Notes: generated by a model from the sequence alone, not told the origin. 32,000 nucleotides of DNA from Propionibacterium ruminifibrarum (GCF_900289195.1 NZ_OMOH01000004.1:240001-272000), one strand, 5' to 3'. Shown: positions 1 through 8,576, counted from the stretch's first letter. Numbers and translations are program-made.

Positions 1-337
1 CGCGCATGCGATGAAGATCGTCGACCAGATCGAGGCCGGCGACGAGTCCGGCACGGTCTCGATCGGGCCGAAGGCCTACCTGGGTGTCAGCGTCGAGGAG
101 GCCGCCGGCGCCCTGATGATTACCTCCGTTGTCGAGGACGGCCCGGCCGCGAAGGCCGACCTCCAGGAGGGCGACAAGATCGTCTCGGTCAACGGCACCC
201 CGGTGACCACTCAGAGCGCGCTGTCGTCGGTACTGGAGGATCTGGAACCGGGTGACACCGCCACCCTCGAGGTCACCCCGCTGGCCGGCGGGGACAGGAC
301 CGTCAAGGTGACCCTCGGCGAGAGCCCCGTCAACTGA
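1..337 (+). CDS. C-terminal PDZ domain of an HtrA/DegP-like serine protease (5' end lies left of the window)
   Basis: The frame of the 11..337 ORF stays open back to base 2. PDZ-like sequence (YLGVSVEE..GALMITSVVEDGPAAKADLQEGDKIVSVNGTPV) is present. Codon position 3 is G/C-rich. A strong hairpin follows. Confidence 0.7.
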   Translation, partial: AHAMKIVDQIEAGDESGTVSIGPKAYLGVSVEEAAGALMITSVVEDGPAAKADLQEGDKIVSVNGTPVTTQSALSSVLEDLEPGDTATLEVTPLAGGDRTVKVTLGESPVN

Positions 338-365
338 TCTGGGGTTTTCTGTCACGTGGCAGGGT

Positions 366-400
366 CAGGTGCCCCCGCGCTGGTTGCGCGGGGGCACCTG
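366..400 (+). terminator. Hairpin terminator downstream of the protease gene
   Basis: Perfect 15-bp inverted repeat CAGGTGCCCCCGCGC / GCGCGGGGGCACCTG with a 5-nt loop (tggtt), followed by TTCGTT. Confidence 0.6.
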
Positions 401-440
401 TTCGTTGCCGGTGCCGGGGCAGGGATGCCAAATCCGACGG

Positions 441-484
441 GATCCGGCCGTTTCCGCGCTTTTCCGGTCTGAAACGGCCAGATC
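441..484 (+). repeat. Imperfect inverted repeat enclosing a tandem 10-mer, in the leader of the large CDS
   Basis: Arms gatccggccgtttc (441-454) and gaaacggccagatc (471-484) pair at 13 of 14 positions. The 16-nt loop region contains tttccgcgct/tttccggtct as adjacent near-identical 10-mers (451-470). Confidence 0.4.
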
Positions 485-593
485 CTGTCAGGAAAAGCAT
501 GCCCACGGCGCCGGTCGCACCGGGATGCCCGAGGTTGTCTTGTAGGTCCATTTGCCAGCCCGGGGCTGTTCGTGCGAACCGGAACGGGCGAGA

Positions 594-3500
594 ATGGGTC
601 CCATGACCGCACAGGACCGTTCACGCATCAATGCAGCCATCAACCTCCGCCTGTCGCTCTTGGGTCTGCCGCTGCCGGAGAATGCCGACGGAAGCACCGA
701 GACCGCTCTGGTCGAGCCGCTCCTCGCCCGCCAGCGCGAGTTGAGCCGCCGCCTCAACCAGCAGTTGAGCGCCCCTGACAAGCGTGTCCAGACATTCCTC
801 GACGACTACCTGTCCGACACCGGCCTGCAGCCGCAGCTGCCGCGCACCACTCTCGTCCTGGACGAGCCGGGCCTGGCCCGCGGCCTGTCGCTGCCGGTGG
901 ACGGCGACGAGTTCCACTCCCCCGTGATCGAGTCGTACCGGCTCGTCAACGGCGTCCTGCACAACCCGAAGAACGACCGGCGCACCACCGCAGGCGTCTT
1001 CCACATCGCCACCGGCGGCCTGCCGATCCCCGAGGACAAGATCGAGGTCGACAAGACCGTGTTCGCCCGCATCCTCGAGGCGGCCCTGCAGGCCCCCGAC
1101 GACGAACTGATGCTGCCGTACACCGCGAACATGACCACGCCGGCCCGCTGCTGGGTCTCGCTGCTCATGCACCCGATCGTCGTCCCCGAGGTGCCCGGGC
1201 GGGCCCGCCGCCGCAGCTACGAGGTGCGTTTCATCGCGCCGGGCGGCCTGGTCGCCAACCTCGACTTCGTCGAAGCCATCTTCGGCAACGGCGGCGACCC
1301 CTACCTGCCCGAGAACGACGCCTCGCTGGACCCGGCCTCGTGGACCGGCACGACCGGCTGCGTCATCCTGGCGCCGCACCTGGTGGGCACCCTCACGAAG
1401 AAGGATCTGGGGCTGCCGTCCTGGGACGAGGCCACCGAGCGGCAGCGCCGGGACGGCCAGTGCTGGAAGAGCGCCGACGAGCTCTACAACGACGGCAAGT
1501 CCTTCAAGGTGTGCGCCCGCGACGAGCGCGGCGTCATCGTCACCGTGCTGGCCGACAACTACTTCGGCTACTGCAAGAAGGAGGTCAAGACCCAGATCTC
1601 CTACTCGGCGAACCTGCTGGGCTCCGCCGAGGAGGAGCACTCCGGCGGTGCCATCACCTACCCGGCGTGGAACCTGGGCGTCGAGTTCACCGACCGCACC
1701 CCCGACGGCTGGACGCTCGACGACGCCCTGGCCCGCAACCCGGACCGTTTCGCGGTGCAGCCCGAGGGCCATGCCATCGACCGGAAGTGGCCGAACATCG
1801 TCCTGGTGCCCGAGCATGCGCGCTATTCGATGCGTGAGCAGAGGATCTCGTGGTCCAGGGGCGGTGTCGAGCAGTCCATCAAGCTGCTCGCCGACAAGCA
1901 GTACCTGTCCCCCGACGGCTACCGGGTGCACGCCAAGCACCGTGAGATGGACGCCACCCAGTGGCACCTGATCGGTGTCCTGCAGGAGGCCACCCAGTGC
2001 CACAAGCCGGCCACCGTCTCCGGCGGCGGCAAGTCGGAGATCTCCAAGTCGATCGCCGACGCCTTCCAGTTCGGCAACGCCCACGTCTCCGATTTCGAGG
2101 CGGACATGGACGCGGTCGACGAGTTGTTCCGCCGGGACTACTGCAACCGCTTCGCCGACGACTCCCTCAACGGCACCGACCACCGGCCCGTGCTGAGCAG
2201 GGAACGCAGCCTCGGATCGGTCATCAAGCTGCTGACGCCCTCACGCGCCTACACCGAGGAGTACAACACCTTCCTGCGCAGCATCCGCCAGGACGTCAAG
2301 GAACTGGCGTTCATCATCAAACGCCACTACCGCCCCGAGTGGGGCGACGACTGGCGTTCGCACTTCACCGTCGACACCATGAACGGCCACCACGGCAACA
2401 TGGTGCGACTGGACGGCGAGAAGGTCATCATCAACATGCTGCGCGTCGGTTTCGAGCCCGACGGCTCGTGGCGCATCTTCAGCCTGCGCCCCGACTTCAG
2501 CCCGGCTGTCAAGGTGCAGTCCGAGGACGACATCACCGCCAGCACCGTCACCCCGCCGTGGGGAGACCCCGAGGGGACGCCGCGCAAGTACGTCGAGAAC
2601 TGCGAAATGCTGCTCTTCCAGCGTCCCGACGACGCCATCCACCGCGGCTACGACAAGCAGGCCGAGGCCGACCTGGCCGGCGCCGACGACACCTTCATCT
2701 CGAACTTCGAGCCGCTCACCAGGGCGCAGGCCCGCGAGATGCTCACCGACGTGCAGACGCTCAGCGAGTTCACCAAGCCCGTCCAGGACCTCATCGCGAA
2801 GGCCGCGGCCGGCGCCGACGACGAGTCCCCGACCTTCTGGACCTGTTCCGACGAGCCGCGTCACCTGCCCGACGGCACCCGCTCGAGGAATCCCCGCTAC
2901 CTTCAGCGGCGTCCTGTCGACGCCAACCCGGAGCTCACGGCGGTGGCCGACGTGGCCAGCAAGCTCTTCCTCAAGCTGCCGATGGACGAGCCGGCCCCGC
3001 TGCCGGTCGACCTGGTGGCGGCGGGCCGGCGCAACAACCCGCCCGAGGGCAAGATCCCGCCGCTGTGCGCCTACAACCCGCTGCACTACATGGAGCTCCC
3101 CGAACTGTTCATGGAGTTCATCAGCTCGATGACCGGCAAGTCGCCGTCCACGACGGGGGCCGGCTCCGAGGGCGCCCTGACGAAGGGCCCGTTCAACGCG
3201 CTGGCCCCGGTCGTCGACCTCAACGCTGCGCTGCTCAGCTACGTGCTGACCGGCTATGACGGCTGGTTGAGCTCGGCCGGGTACATCGGCCCGAACGTGC
3301 GCGTCGACCACGACATCTCGATGCTCGTGCCCGAACTGTTCAGCCACATGAAGCCGCACGAGCGCGACGCGAGGACCCTCATCGAGCAGGGCTTCCTCGA
3401 CAAACTCGAGGACTACGAGTTCAACGGCCGCACCGTGCAGGCCTCGCGCCTGGGCTACCGCATGAACGACCGGCTCGCGACCACCTACTTCGGGCGCATC

Positions 3501-4001
3501 TTCCTGCACCCCGACGTGGTGTTCACCGACGAGATGCTACGCCCGGAGCTGCAGGACGAGCAGGTCTACGCCGACTCGATCGACGTGATCGTCGCCACCC
3601 ACCAGCGGGTCGCCCAGCTGTACATCGACGACGGCACGATCTCGCAGGCGATCCCCCCGCTCAAGGGGCTGCTCGAGATCATGGCCAACGGCCGGACCGC
3701 CGAGGGCTGGACCCTCGGCTCGCCGGAGTTCCGCGAGTTGTTCACCCGCGAGTCCGTGCTGGCCTCGGACTGGTACGCCGCCCGCCTGGACGCCATGCAG
3801 GCCGAGGAGCTGCGCCTGACGAACGAGGGCATCGCGCGTCTGCGCGAGTACACCGAGCGCCCGGACGCCCTGGCCACCGCGGAACGCGTTGGTCTGCCGC
3901 AGCGTCTGGCCGCCCTCGAGGAGGACGCCCGGCGCATCGCCTCCGACGAGTACCGCGCCTCACTGGTCGGCACCCTCGGCCGTCAGGTGAGCTTCCGCTG
4001 A
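594..4001 (+). CDS. Large conserved protein, candidate PPi-dependent PEP carboxykinase (PEP carboxytransphosphorylase family)
   Basis: The single 1149-codon ORF opens at TTG 552, and the first ATGs are at 594 and 603 (MGPMTAQ..), so the start is uncertain. GC3 is uniformly high. There is a P-loop-like SGGGKSE, and no PPDK or PEP-carboxylase signature motifs were seen. Size (~130 kDa) and lineage fit the PPi-PEPCK family. The family call rests on architecture recalled from the literature, not on an alignment. Confidence 0.5.
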   Translation: MGPMTAQDRSRINAAINLRLSLLGLPLPENADGSTETALVEPLLARQRELSRRLNQQLSAPDKRVQTFLDDYLSDTGLQPQLPRTTLVLDEPGLARGLSLPVDGDEFHSPVIESYRLVNGVLHNPKNDRRTTAGVFHIATGGLPIPEDKIEVDKTVFARILEAALQAPDDELMLPYTANMTTPARCWVSLLMHPIVVPEVPGRARRRSYEVRFIAPGGLVANLDFVEAIFGNGGDPYLPENDASLDPASWTGTTGCVILAPHLVGTLTKKDLGLPSWDEATERQRRDGQCWKSADELYNDGKSFKVCARDERGVIVTVLADNYFGYCKKEVKTQISYSANLLGSAEEEHSGGAITYPAWNLGVEFTDRTPDGWTLDDALARNPDRFAVQPEGHAIDRKWPNIVLVPEHARYSMREQRISWSRGGVEQSIKLLADKQYLSPDGYRVHAKHREMDATQWHLIGVLQEATQCHKPATVSGGGKSEISKSIADAFQFGNAHVSDFEADMDAVDELFRRDYCNRFADDSLNGTDHRPVLSRERSLGSVIKLLTPSRAYTEEYNTFLRSIRQDVKELAFIIKRHYRPEWGDDWRSHFTVDTMNGHHGNMVRLDGEKVIINMLRVGFEPDGSWRIFSLRPDFSPAVKVQSEDDITASTVTPPWGDPEGTPRKYVENCEMLLFQRPDDAIHRGYDKQAEADLAGADDTFISNFEPLTRAQAREMLTDVQTLSEFTKPVQDLIAKAAAGADDESPTFWTCSDEPRHLPDGTRSRNPRYLQRRPVDANPELTAVADVASKLFLKLPMDEPAPLPVDLVAAGRRNNPPEGKIPPLCAYNPLHYMELPELFMEFISSMTGKSPSTTGAGSEGALTKGPFNALAPVVDLNAALLSYVLTGYDGWLSSAGYIGPNVRVDHDISMLVPELFSHMKPHERDARTLIEQGFLDKLEDYEFNGRTVQASRLGYRMNDRLATTYFGRIFLHPDVVFTDEMLRPELQDEQVYADSIDVIVATHQRVAQLYIDDGTISQAIPPLKGLLEIMANGRTAEGWTLGSPEFRELFTRESVLASDWYAARLDAMQAEELRLTNEGIARLREYTERPDALATAERVGLPQRLAALEEDARRIASDEYRASLVGTLGRQVSFR

Positions 4002-4015
4002 TCGCCAGCTGACAT

Positions 4016-4048
4016 GTGCTGGGGCCGCGCGAGACGCGGCCCCAGCAC
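4016..4048. terminator. Bidirectional hairpin between convergent genes
   Basis: GTGCTGGGGCCGCG (4016-4029) and CGCGGCCCCAGCAC (4035-4048) form a perfect 14-bp stem with a 5-nt loop, followed by TTTTCG. It lies between the stop at 4001 (+) and the stop at 4066 (-). Confidence 0.6.
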
Positions 4049-4065
4049 TTTTCGTACCTCGTTCC

Positions 4066-4707
4066 TCAGGCGCCCTCGGCGGCCGTCATGAGCGGGGCCA
4101 GGCCCTCGGCTCGGGCGAGCGCCTGGTCGTCGCCGCAGGCGGTGAGCCAGTTGGCGAGCATCAGGTGGCCGCCCTCGCTCAGCACCGACTCGGGGTGGAA
4201 CTGGACGGCCTCGACGGGCAGGGTGCGGTGCCGCATGGCCATGATGATGCCGTCGTCGGTCGTCGAGGTGACCTCGAGCTCGGCCGGTACGGTGGCCGGG
4301 TCGACGGCGAGCGAGTGGTAGCGGGTGACGGTCATCGGGTTCGGCAGTCCCGTGAAGCAGCCCCTGCCGTCGTGGCTGATCAGGCTCGTCTTGCCGTGTC
4401 GCAGCTGCGGGGCGCGGGTGACGCTGGCGCCGAAGGCGACGGCCATGGCCTGCAGGCCGAGGCAGACCCCGAAGACGGGCAGCCGGTGGCCGATCGTCGC
4501 GATGACGTCGACGCAGACGCCGGCGTCCTCGGGGGCGCCGGGGCCGGGCGAGACGAGCACCCCGTCGAAACCCTCGTGCCAGCCGTCGTGCCCGAACCGC
4601 GGGTCGTCGTTGCGCCAGACCTCGACCTCGGCGCCGAGCTGGGCGAGGTACTGGACGATGTTGTAGACGAACGAGTCGTAGTTGTCGATGACGAGGATCC
4701 GGGACAT
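4066..4707 (-). CDS. pabA: Glutamine amidotransferase subunit (component II) of aminodeoxychorismate/anthranilate synthase
   Basis: MSRILVIDNYDSFVYNIVQYL N-terminus, nucleophile elbow GVCLGLQ and VQFHPES (His/Glu of the triad). At 213 aa it is the typical TrpG/PabA size. Confidence 0.9.
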   Translation of the reverse strand: MSRILVIDNYDSFVYNIVQYLAQLGAEVEVWRNDDPRFGHDGWHEGFDGVLVSPGPGAPEDAGVCVDVIATIGHRLPVFGVCLGLQAMAVAFGASVTRAPQLRHGKTSLISHDGRGCFTGLPNPMTVTRYHSLAVDPATVPAELEVTSTTDDGIIMAMRHRTLPVEAVQFHPESVLSEGGHLMLANWLTACGDDQALARAEGLAPLMTAAEGA

Positions 4708-5034
4708 GGCCGAAGTCTAGGCCGGATGTGGCCCTGGCCCCAGAACGGGCAGTACCGTGGTTGTCCGGCTACCCGAACGCAAGGGACGACACCCCACGCC
4801 AGAGCTGGTGCTGCATGCGAAGAGCTTCTTCCACTGCCTAGCCAGATCCTAGCCCTGCCTGCCATGCTGTGACCTGTGCAGGGGGCCGGTGGTTGAGCCC
4901 GATGCCAGTGGCGGCTGCTGGAGCACATCGCGGTGACGGACGAGCCCGATGGCTGGTTTCCCATACCATGCTCGCCACGCAGAAGGTTCTCATCGAGGTC
5001 GGACTGGGGGTGACCACCAGATGGGTGACACGAC

Positions 5035-5274
5035 GTGAACGGGGTCCGGTTCACCGACGAGGACATCGAGCGGTGGGCCACCGAGTCCGAGAAGGGCTAC
5101 AACGGCAAATACTTGGGCCGCTCGGTTCCCGGACGCCCCATCAGTGCGGGTGAACGGGCGCGCTCGTTCACTCTTCGTCTTGATGCAGAGCGCCGGGCGA
5201 AGCTGGATGAGGTGGCGCGGGAGCGCCGCATCACGGCCTCGCAGCTGATGCGCGACCTCATCGACTCGCTCTGA
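5035..5274 (+). CDS. Ribbon-helix-helix (CopG-like) DNA-binding protein, antitoxin-like
   Basis: 79-aa ORF with a GTG start. The N-terminal DEDIERWATESEKGY motif and the C-terminal FTLRLDAERRAKLDEVARERRITASQLMRDLI segment fit a beta-strand plus two-helix RHH pattern. Confidence 0.55.
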   Translation: MNGVRFTDEDIERWATESEKGYNGKYLGRSVPGRPISAGERARSFTLRLDAERRAKLDEVARERRITASQLMRDLIDSL

Positions 5275-5338
5275 CGGACCTGCCAGCAAAGGGTCCAGGC
5301 ACCGTGGCCGAGGAATTGACCGGCCAGCACCGGGGCGT

Positions 5339-5352
5339 GCCTGTGCACAGGC
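5339..5352. promoter_or_regulatory. Perfect 14-bp palindrome upstream of the hicAB-like pair (candidate operator)
   Basis: GCCTGTGCACAGGC is fully self-complementary. It lies in the gap between the RHH gene and the hicA-like start (5452). Confidence 0.3.
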
Positions 5353-5451
5353 GCAGGCCGGGGCTGGGTGGCGAGTTCATTCCTGTTCTAGGCTGCGGAT
5401 GAATTGGCAGTTCGCGTTGGAGGCGTCATGGGTGGCAATGGGTTCCCCTCC

Positions 5452-5668
5452 ATGCCGTCAAGCGAGCTCAAACGTCTTCTGTGCGTGCAGCTCGGTTACC
5501 GAACTGGGAGACTCGGGTAAAGGGTCGCACTGTTGGCTGGTGTCAGAAACGCATCCGCGCATACGATGGGCTTTCCACCGCAGGGAGGTCAGCAGCATCG
5601 AGGTCCGCAGGCTCTTGGTGAACCAGGTCGGTCTGACACTCGAGGAGGCAAGGAGATTGGTGAAGTGA
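5452..5668 (+). pseudogene. hicA: HicA-like mRNA-interferase toxin gene split by a +1 frameshift
   Basis: Frame 1 from ATG 5452 gives MPSSELKRLLCVQLGYRTGRLG and then TAA (5518-5520). Frame 2 continues KGSHCWLVSETHPRIRWAFHRREVSSIEVRRLLVNQVGLTLEEARRLVK to TGA 5666-5668. Skipping T5518 joins them into a 71-aa protein with the HicA pattern (..LGY..8 aa..GSH...). The ORF track instead shows an 89-aa frame-2 ORF (5399..5668) with a non-homologous N-terminus. Confidence 0.45.
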
Positions 5669-6303
5669 TCATTCACGCGATCGTCTCGGCCTACGGACCA
5701 GCGTCGTTCGGCCTGTCCAGCCCACAGCTGCCCGAACTCTTCGCCGGAAGCGGCTCGCTGGACGAGTACGACCAGGACGGCATCGTCGCTCTTCTCAGTG
5801 AAGCGGGCGCTCCTGACGAATACCAGTTGTGCGTTCACCGTCAGGTCTACACGTCCCGCGAGGACCGAGAGTGGTTCGTTCGCTTGTTCCAGGATCCTCG
5901 CCCTGACGACGCGGCAGACCGCAGAACCACTCTGCGTCTGCTGCGCGGGCTGCTTGAAACAACGCCTGCGCCTGTTGATGACGCCCGACATGCCGTGACC
6001 GGCGAAGTACTGTTCATCATCGCCCGCCCCGAGGACACTCTCGGCTGGCTGACCGAGCAACTCCATGCCCACGACGTCGCAACAATCGTCACCCGGGCCG
6101 GGGACAACTCCCTGTTGATGCTGGACGTCACCAGGAGTGGAGACATCGAGGGCACGCAGTATCAGCCGGAAACCACCGTGATCCAGCTCATGGAACGCAG
6201 CAGGGGCAAGGCGCATTCGCACGCATCGGCTCCCGACTTCTTGACCGGAACAGTTCCGGCCGAGGTTTCTCGGGTCGGCGAGCTCATCAGCGTTGGCCAC
6301 TGA
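5665..6303 (+). CDS. hicB: HicB-like antitoxin-family protein (N-terminal HicB fold, unassigned C-terminal half)
   Basis: GTG 5665 follows the RBS aggaggcaaggag and overlaps the hicA-like stop (GTGA). The N-terminus HAIVSAYGPASFGLSSPQLPELFAGSGSLDE resembles the HicB pattern (..Y.v.fPdlPGc.t.G.t.eE). GC3 supports the + strand over the 280-aa antisense ORF. Confidence 0.4.
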   Translation: MIIHAIVSAYGPASFGLSSPQLPELFAGSGSLDEYDQDGIVALLSEAGAPDEYQLCVHRQVYTSREDREWFVRLFQDPRPDDAADRRTTLRLLRGLLETTPAPVDDARHAVTGEVLFIIARPEDTLGWLTEQLHAHDVATIVTRAGDNSLLMLDVTRSGDIEGTQYQPETTVIQLMERSRGKAHSHASAPDFLTGTVPAEVSRVGELISVGH

Positions 6304-6548
6304 GCGCGCTGCCGCCCGGCTGCCGGGTGAAGCTACGTCGCCGTTCCTACACGTCAGGCATGGACTTGGAGGATCTCTCCGGGGTTGAGGGTCTGCTTCC
6401 AGAGCGCGCCAGTGATCTTCGACGAACCGGGCTGCCTCAGTCTCTCCTCATCAACAGACTCGCGATGCAGCAGAAAAACACCATGACGGGTGTCGGCCAG
6501 CGCCCGGCATCGGTGAACCATCCGGCCGGTGAGTGCTACAAGCTAAGT

Positions 6549-7094
6549 GTGGACTCCGACCCGGTTGAGCTGCTGCGTCGCGTGGGCGGCGGGGACGAGC
6601 ACGCCCTGGCCGAGCTGTACTCGCGGTTCGCGGCGTCGGTCCACGGGTTCGTGGCCAGGCGGGTTGCGGACCGAGGCGTGGCCGAGGAGGTCTGCGCGGA
6701 CGTGTGGCTGGGGTGCTGGCGGTCGGCGCGGTCGTTTCGCGGGGACAGCCGGGTCCTCACCTGGCTGCTGGGCATCGCATCACGCCAGGTGCACATGCAC
6801 ACCCGCCGCAAACGCCACCCGACCGTTCCCCTCGACTCGGTGGCCGACACCACGGCCGACCAGAGTCCCAGTCCTGACGATGTGGCGGTCTCGCGGGCCG
6901 GGTCGCAGGCAGTGGTGGACGCCATCGGGCGCCTGCCGGACGACGTGTACGAGGTCGTCGTCCTGGCGTGGCTTTACGACCTGCCCTACGGCGAGATCAG
7001 CGACGTCGTCGGTGTCCCGTTGGGGACGGTCAAGAGCCGGGTGTCGCGGGCTCGTCGCCTGCTGCGCGAAGAGATCGGAGAGCATCATGACTGA
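6549..7094 (+). CDS. ECF-type RNA polymerase sigma-70 family factor
   Basis: Region 2-like ALAELYSRFAASVHGFVARRV..AEEVCADVWLGCW and region 4 HTH LPYGEISDVVGVPLGTVKSRVSRARRLLRE. The start is uncertain: GTG 6549 gives 181 aa, and the alternatives are ATG 6483 and 6465. The track start at 6327 is unlikely. Confidence 0.8.
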   Translation: MDSDPVELLRRVGGGDEHALAELYSRFAASVHGFVARRVADRGVAEEVCADVWLGCWRSARSFRGDSRVLTWLLGIASRQVHMHTRRKRHPTVPLDSVADTTADQSPSPDDVAVSRAGSQAVVDAIGRLPDDVYEVVVLAWLYDLPYGEISDVVGVPLGTVKSRVSRARRLLREEIGEHHD

Positions 7095-7884
7095 GCCGGA
7101 TCAGAACGAGGCCGAGCAGTTCCGGGCGGCGCTCGCCCGGGTCGAGGCGTCCAGGGCCGGTTCGCTGCCGGGCTTCGAGACGGTGTGGCGCTCCGTCGCC
7201 GCGTCGGTGTCGCCGATGGACGCGCCGCAGTGGCCCCTGGCGCGCGGCATCCGGGTGACGGGCGCCCTGGTGCTGGCGCAGGCACGGGTCGCGTCGTGGC
7301 TCATCGTTCCCGCGGCGCTCGTGAGCGCGGCCCTCGCGGTGCTGGCCGCCAGGTGGCTGGGCGCCGCCCAGGGCTCCTCCGCCGTGACATCGGGGTTCGC
7401 CGCGCTCATCCTGGCCGGGGCCGTCGTCACGATGACGATGGCCGTCTCCCGACGGGCCGCCGACTCGGTGTCGGCCGCCACCCCGGTGGGGCCGGCGGCC
7501 GTCCTGTTCGCCCGGGTGACGATGGTGCTGATCGTCGACTGCCTCGCGGGCGGGGCGGCCTCGTGGCTGGCCACCGTTTCGGGTTCGGTGGCCGCGTTCG
7601 GCCCGCTGGTCATGACCTGGCTGGCCCCGATGGTGCTCGTCACCGGGCTGACGACGCTCCTTGCGGTCTGGGCCGCCCCCTGGGTCGGCGCGCTCGTCGG
7701 GTTCGTGACGATCCCGGTACTCGTCCCCGCGCCCGAGCCGATGGTGCGGGTCGGTCTCGGGGCGGTGCTCGGGGTGGTGCACGACGCCCTGCCCTCGTTC
7801 GCCGTGGTGGGCGTCGGGGCAGTTTTGTTCACGGTGGCCCTGCTGACGGCCCGCAGGGCCACCGCCGGTCTGGCCGCCGCGTGA
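7087..7884 (+). CDS. Multi-pass membrane protein co-transcribed with the ECF sigma (candidate anti-sigma factor)
   Basis: ATG 7087 overlaps the sigma gene stop by 8 nt. A soluble N-terminus (MTEPDQNEAEQFRAALARVE..) is followed by several hydrophobic segments. No zf-HC2 motif was seen, so the anti-sigma role is positional inference. Confidence 0.45.
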   Translation: MTEPDQNEAEQFRAALARVEASRAGSLPGFETVWRSVAASVSPMDAPQWPLARGIRVTGALVLAQARVASWLIVPAALVSAALAVLAARWLGAAQGSSAVTSGFAALILAGAVVTMTMAVSRRAADSVSAATPVGPAAVLFARVTMVLIVDCLAGGAASWLATVSGSVAAFGPLVMTWLAPMVLVTGLTTLLAVWAAPWVGALVGFVTIPVLVPAPEPMVRVGLGAVLGVVHDALPSFAVVGVGAVLFTVALLTARRATAGLAAA

Positions 7885-7949
7885 ACCGTGCCGGCCCCGC
7901 CGGCTACTCACCAGGTGACGGCCCCTGGCCGGGAACACCGAGGAGGGTC

Positions 7950-8576
7950 ATGTCCCATACGAGGATCCGCGCCCAGTTCAGGCGCATCGGGGCGCCGGCG
8001 GCAGCGCTGCCGCTCGCATCCGGTGTCGCCGTGGCCGCGGCCGGCGTGACCATGGCCGGGTCGTGGCCGGTGACGCAGACGGCGGTCGCCATGATCTGGT
8101 TCACCGCGATGTTTCCGATCGCGGTCGGCATCGCCGCGGTCGCGGCGCTGACGGGCGACCCGATCATCGAACTGCACGAGTCCACGCCCACGTCGTTCCG
8201 CGCGGCACAGCTGACCCGCTGCTCCCTCGTCCTGGCGATCGCGGTGCTTGCGGCCCTCGCGATGTTCGCGCCCCTGCACCTGCGGGGGGTGTGGCCGAGG
8301 GACGCCGGCTGGGTCAGCGCCCTGGGCCCGGTCAGCGCCGCGGTCTTCATCGTGGCGGTGGCGCTGATGGCCGCCGCCTTCTCCAAGTCCGCGTCGACGA
8401 CGGTCATCGCCGTGATCGCGGGATGGATGTTCGTGGCCCTGGTGTGGGAGCCCTACGTCGATGTGCTGGCCGTGCGGTGCGGCGTCCTGCTCGCCCTGGC
8501 CGCCGGGTTCGCCGCCGCCGCGGCCCGGCGCCTCGGGGATGCGGAGAAGAACATCGCGAAGGTGGTGACGGCATGA
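7950..8576 (+). CDS. Polytopic membrane protein (ABC-2-type permease-like)
   Basis: ATG 7950 follows the RBS aggaggg. The 208-aa product has about 6 hydrophobic segments, and its stop overlaps the next start (ATGA at 8573-8576). Confidence 0.5.
   Translation: MSHTRIRAQFRRIGAPAAALPLASGVAVAAAGVTMAGSWPVTQTAVAMIWFTAMFPIAVGIAAVAALTGDPIIELHESTPTSFRAAQLTRCSLVLAIAVLAALAMFAPLHLRGVWPRDAGWVSALGPVSAAVFIVAVALMAAAFSKSASTTVIAVIAGWMFVALVWEPYVDVLAVRCGVLLALAAGFAAAAARRLGDAEKNIAKVVTA

Noticed and set aside
621-3509. Long ORFs overlapping the 552..4001 gene (621..2183 minus, 520 aa; 2241..3509 minus, 422 aa; 1961..3259 plus, 432 aa)
   Set aside because: These are typical shadow ORFs of a ~70% GC gene. Their translations are Arg/Gly/Ala/Pro/Val-rich low-complexity sequence with no motifs. 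Only the 552..4001 frame shows protein-like composition and the GC3 bias.
4930-5034. Possible toxin-gene remnant upstream of the RHH gene (frame piece ..TQKVLIEVGLGVTTRWVTRRE)
   Set aside because: The resemblance is only vague, to the ..GR.LEV..v....VIHAM.. type of toxin partner of RHH antitoxins. The piece is too short and the key residues are missing.
5458-6300. 280-aa minus-strand ORF opposite the HicB-like gene
   Set aside because: Codon-position G/C bias and the RBS plus GTGA coupling favour the + strand gene. The minus-strand translation has no recognisable motif.
6304-6480. Minus-strand reading ..VDEERLRQPGSSKITGALWKQTLNPGEILQVHA* between hicB and the sigma gene, possibly a gene remnant
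   Set aside because: It is short with no start codon, and I could not assign it to any family. It is not reportable as a feature.
6327-6548. N-terminal extension of the ECF sigma ORF (track start 6327)
   Set aside because: It would add about 74 residues with no sigma-factor similarity, giving 255 aa against the usual ~180 aa. The start was set at 6549, with 6483 and 6465 as alternatives.
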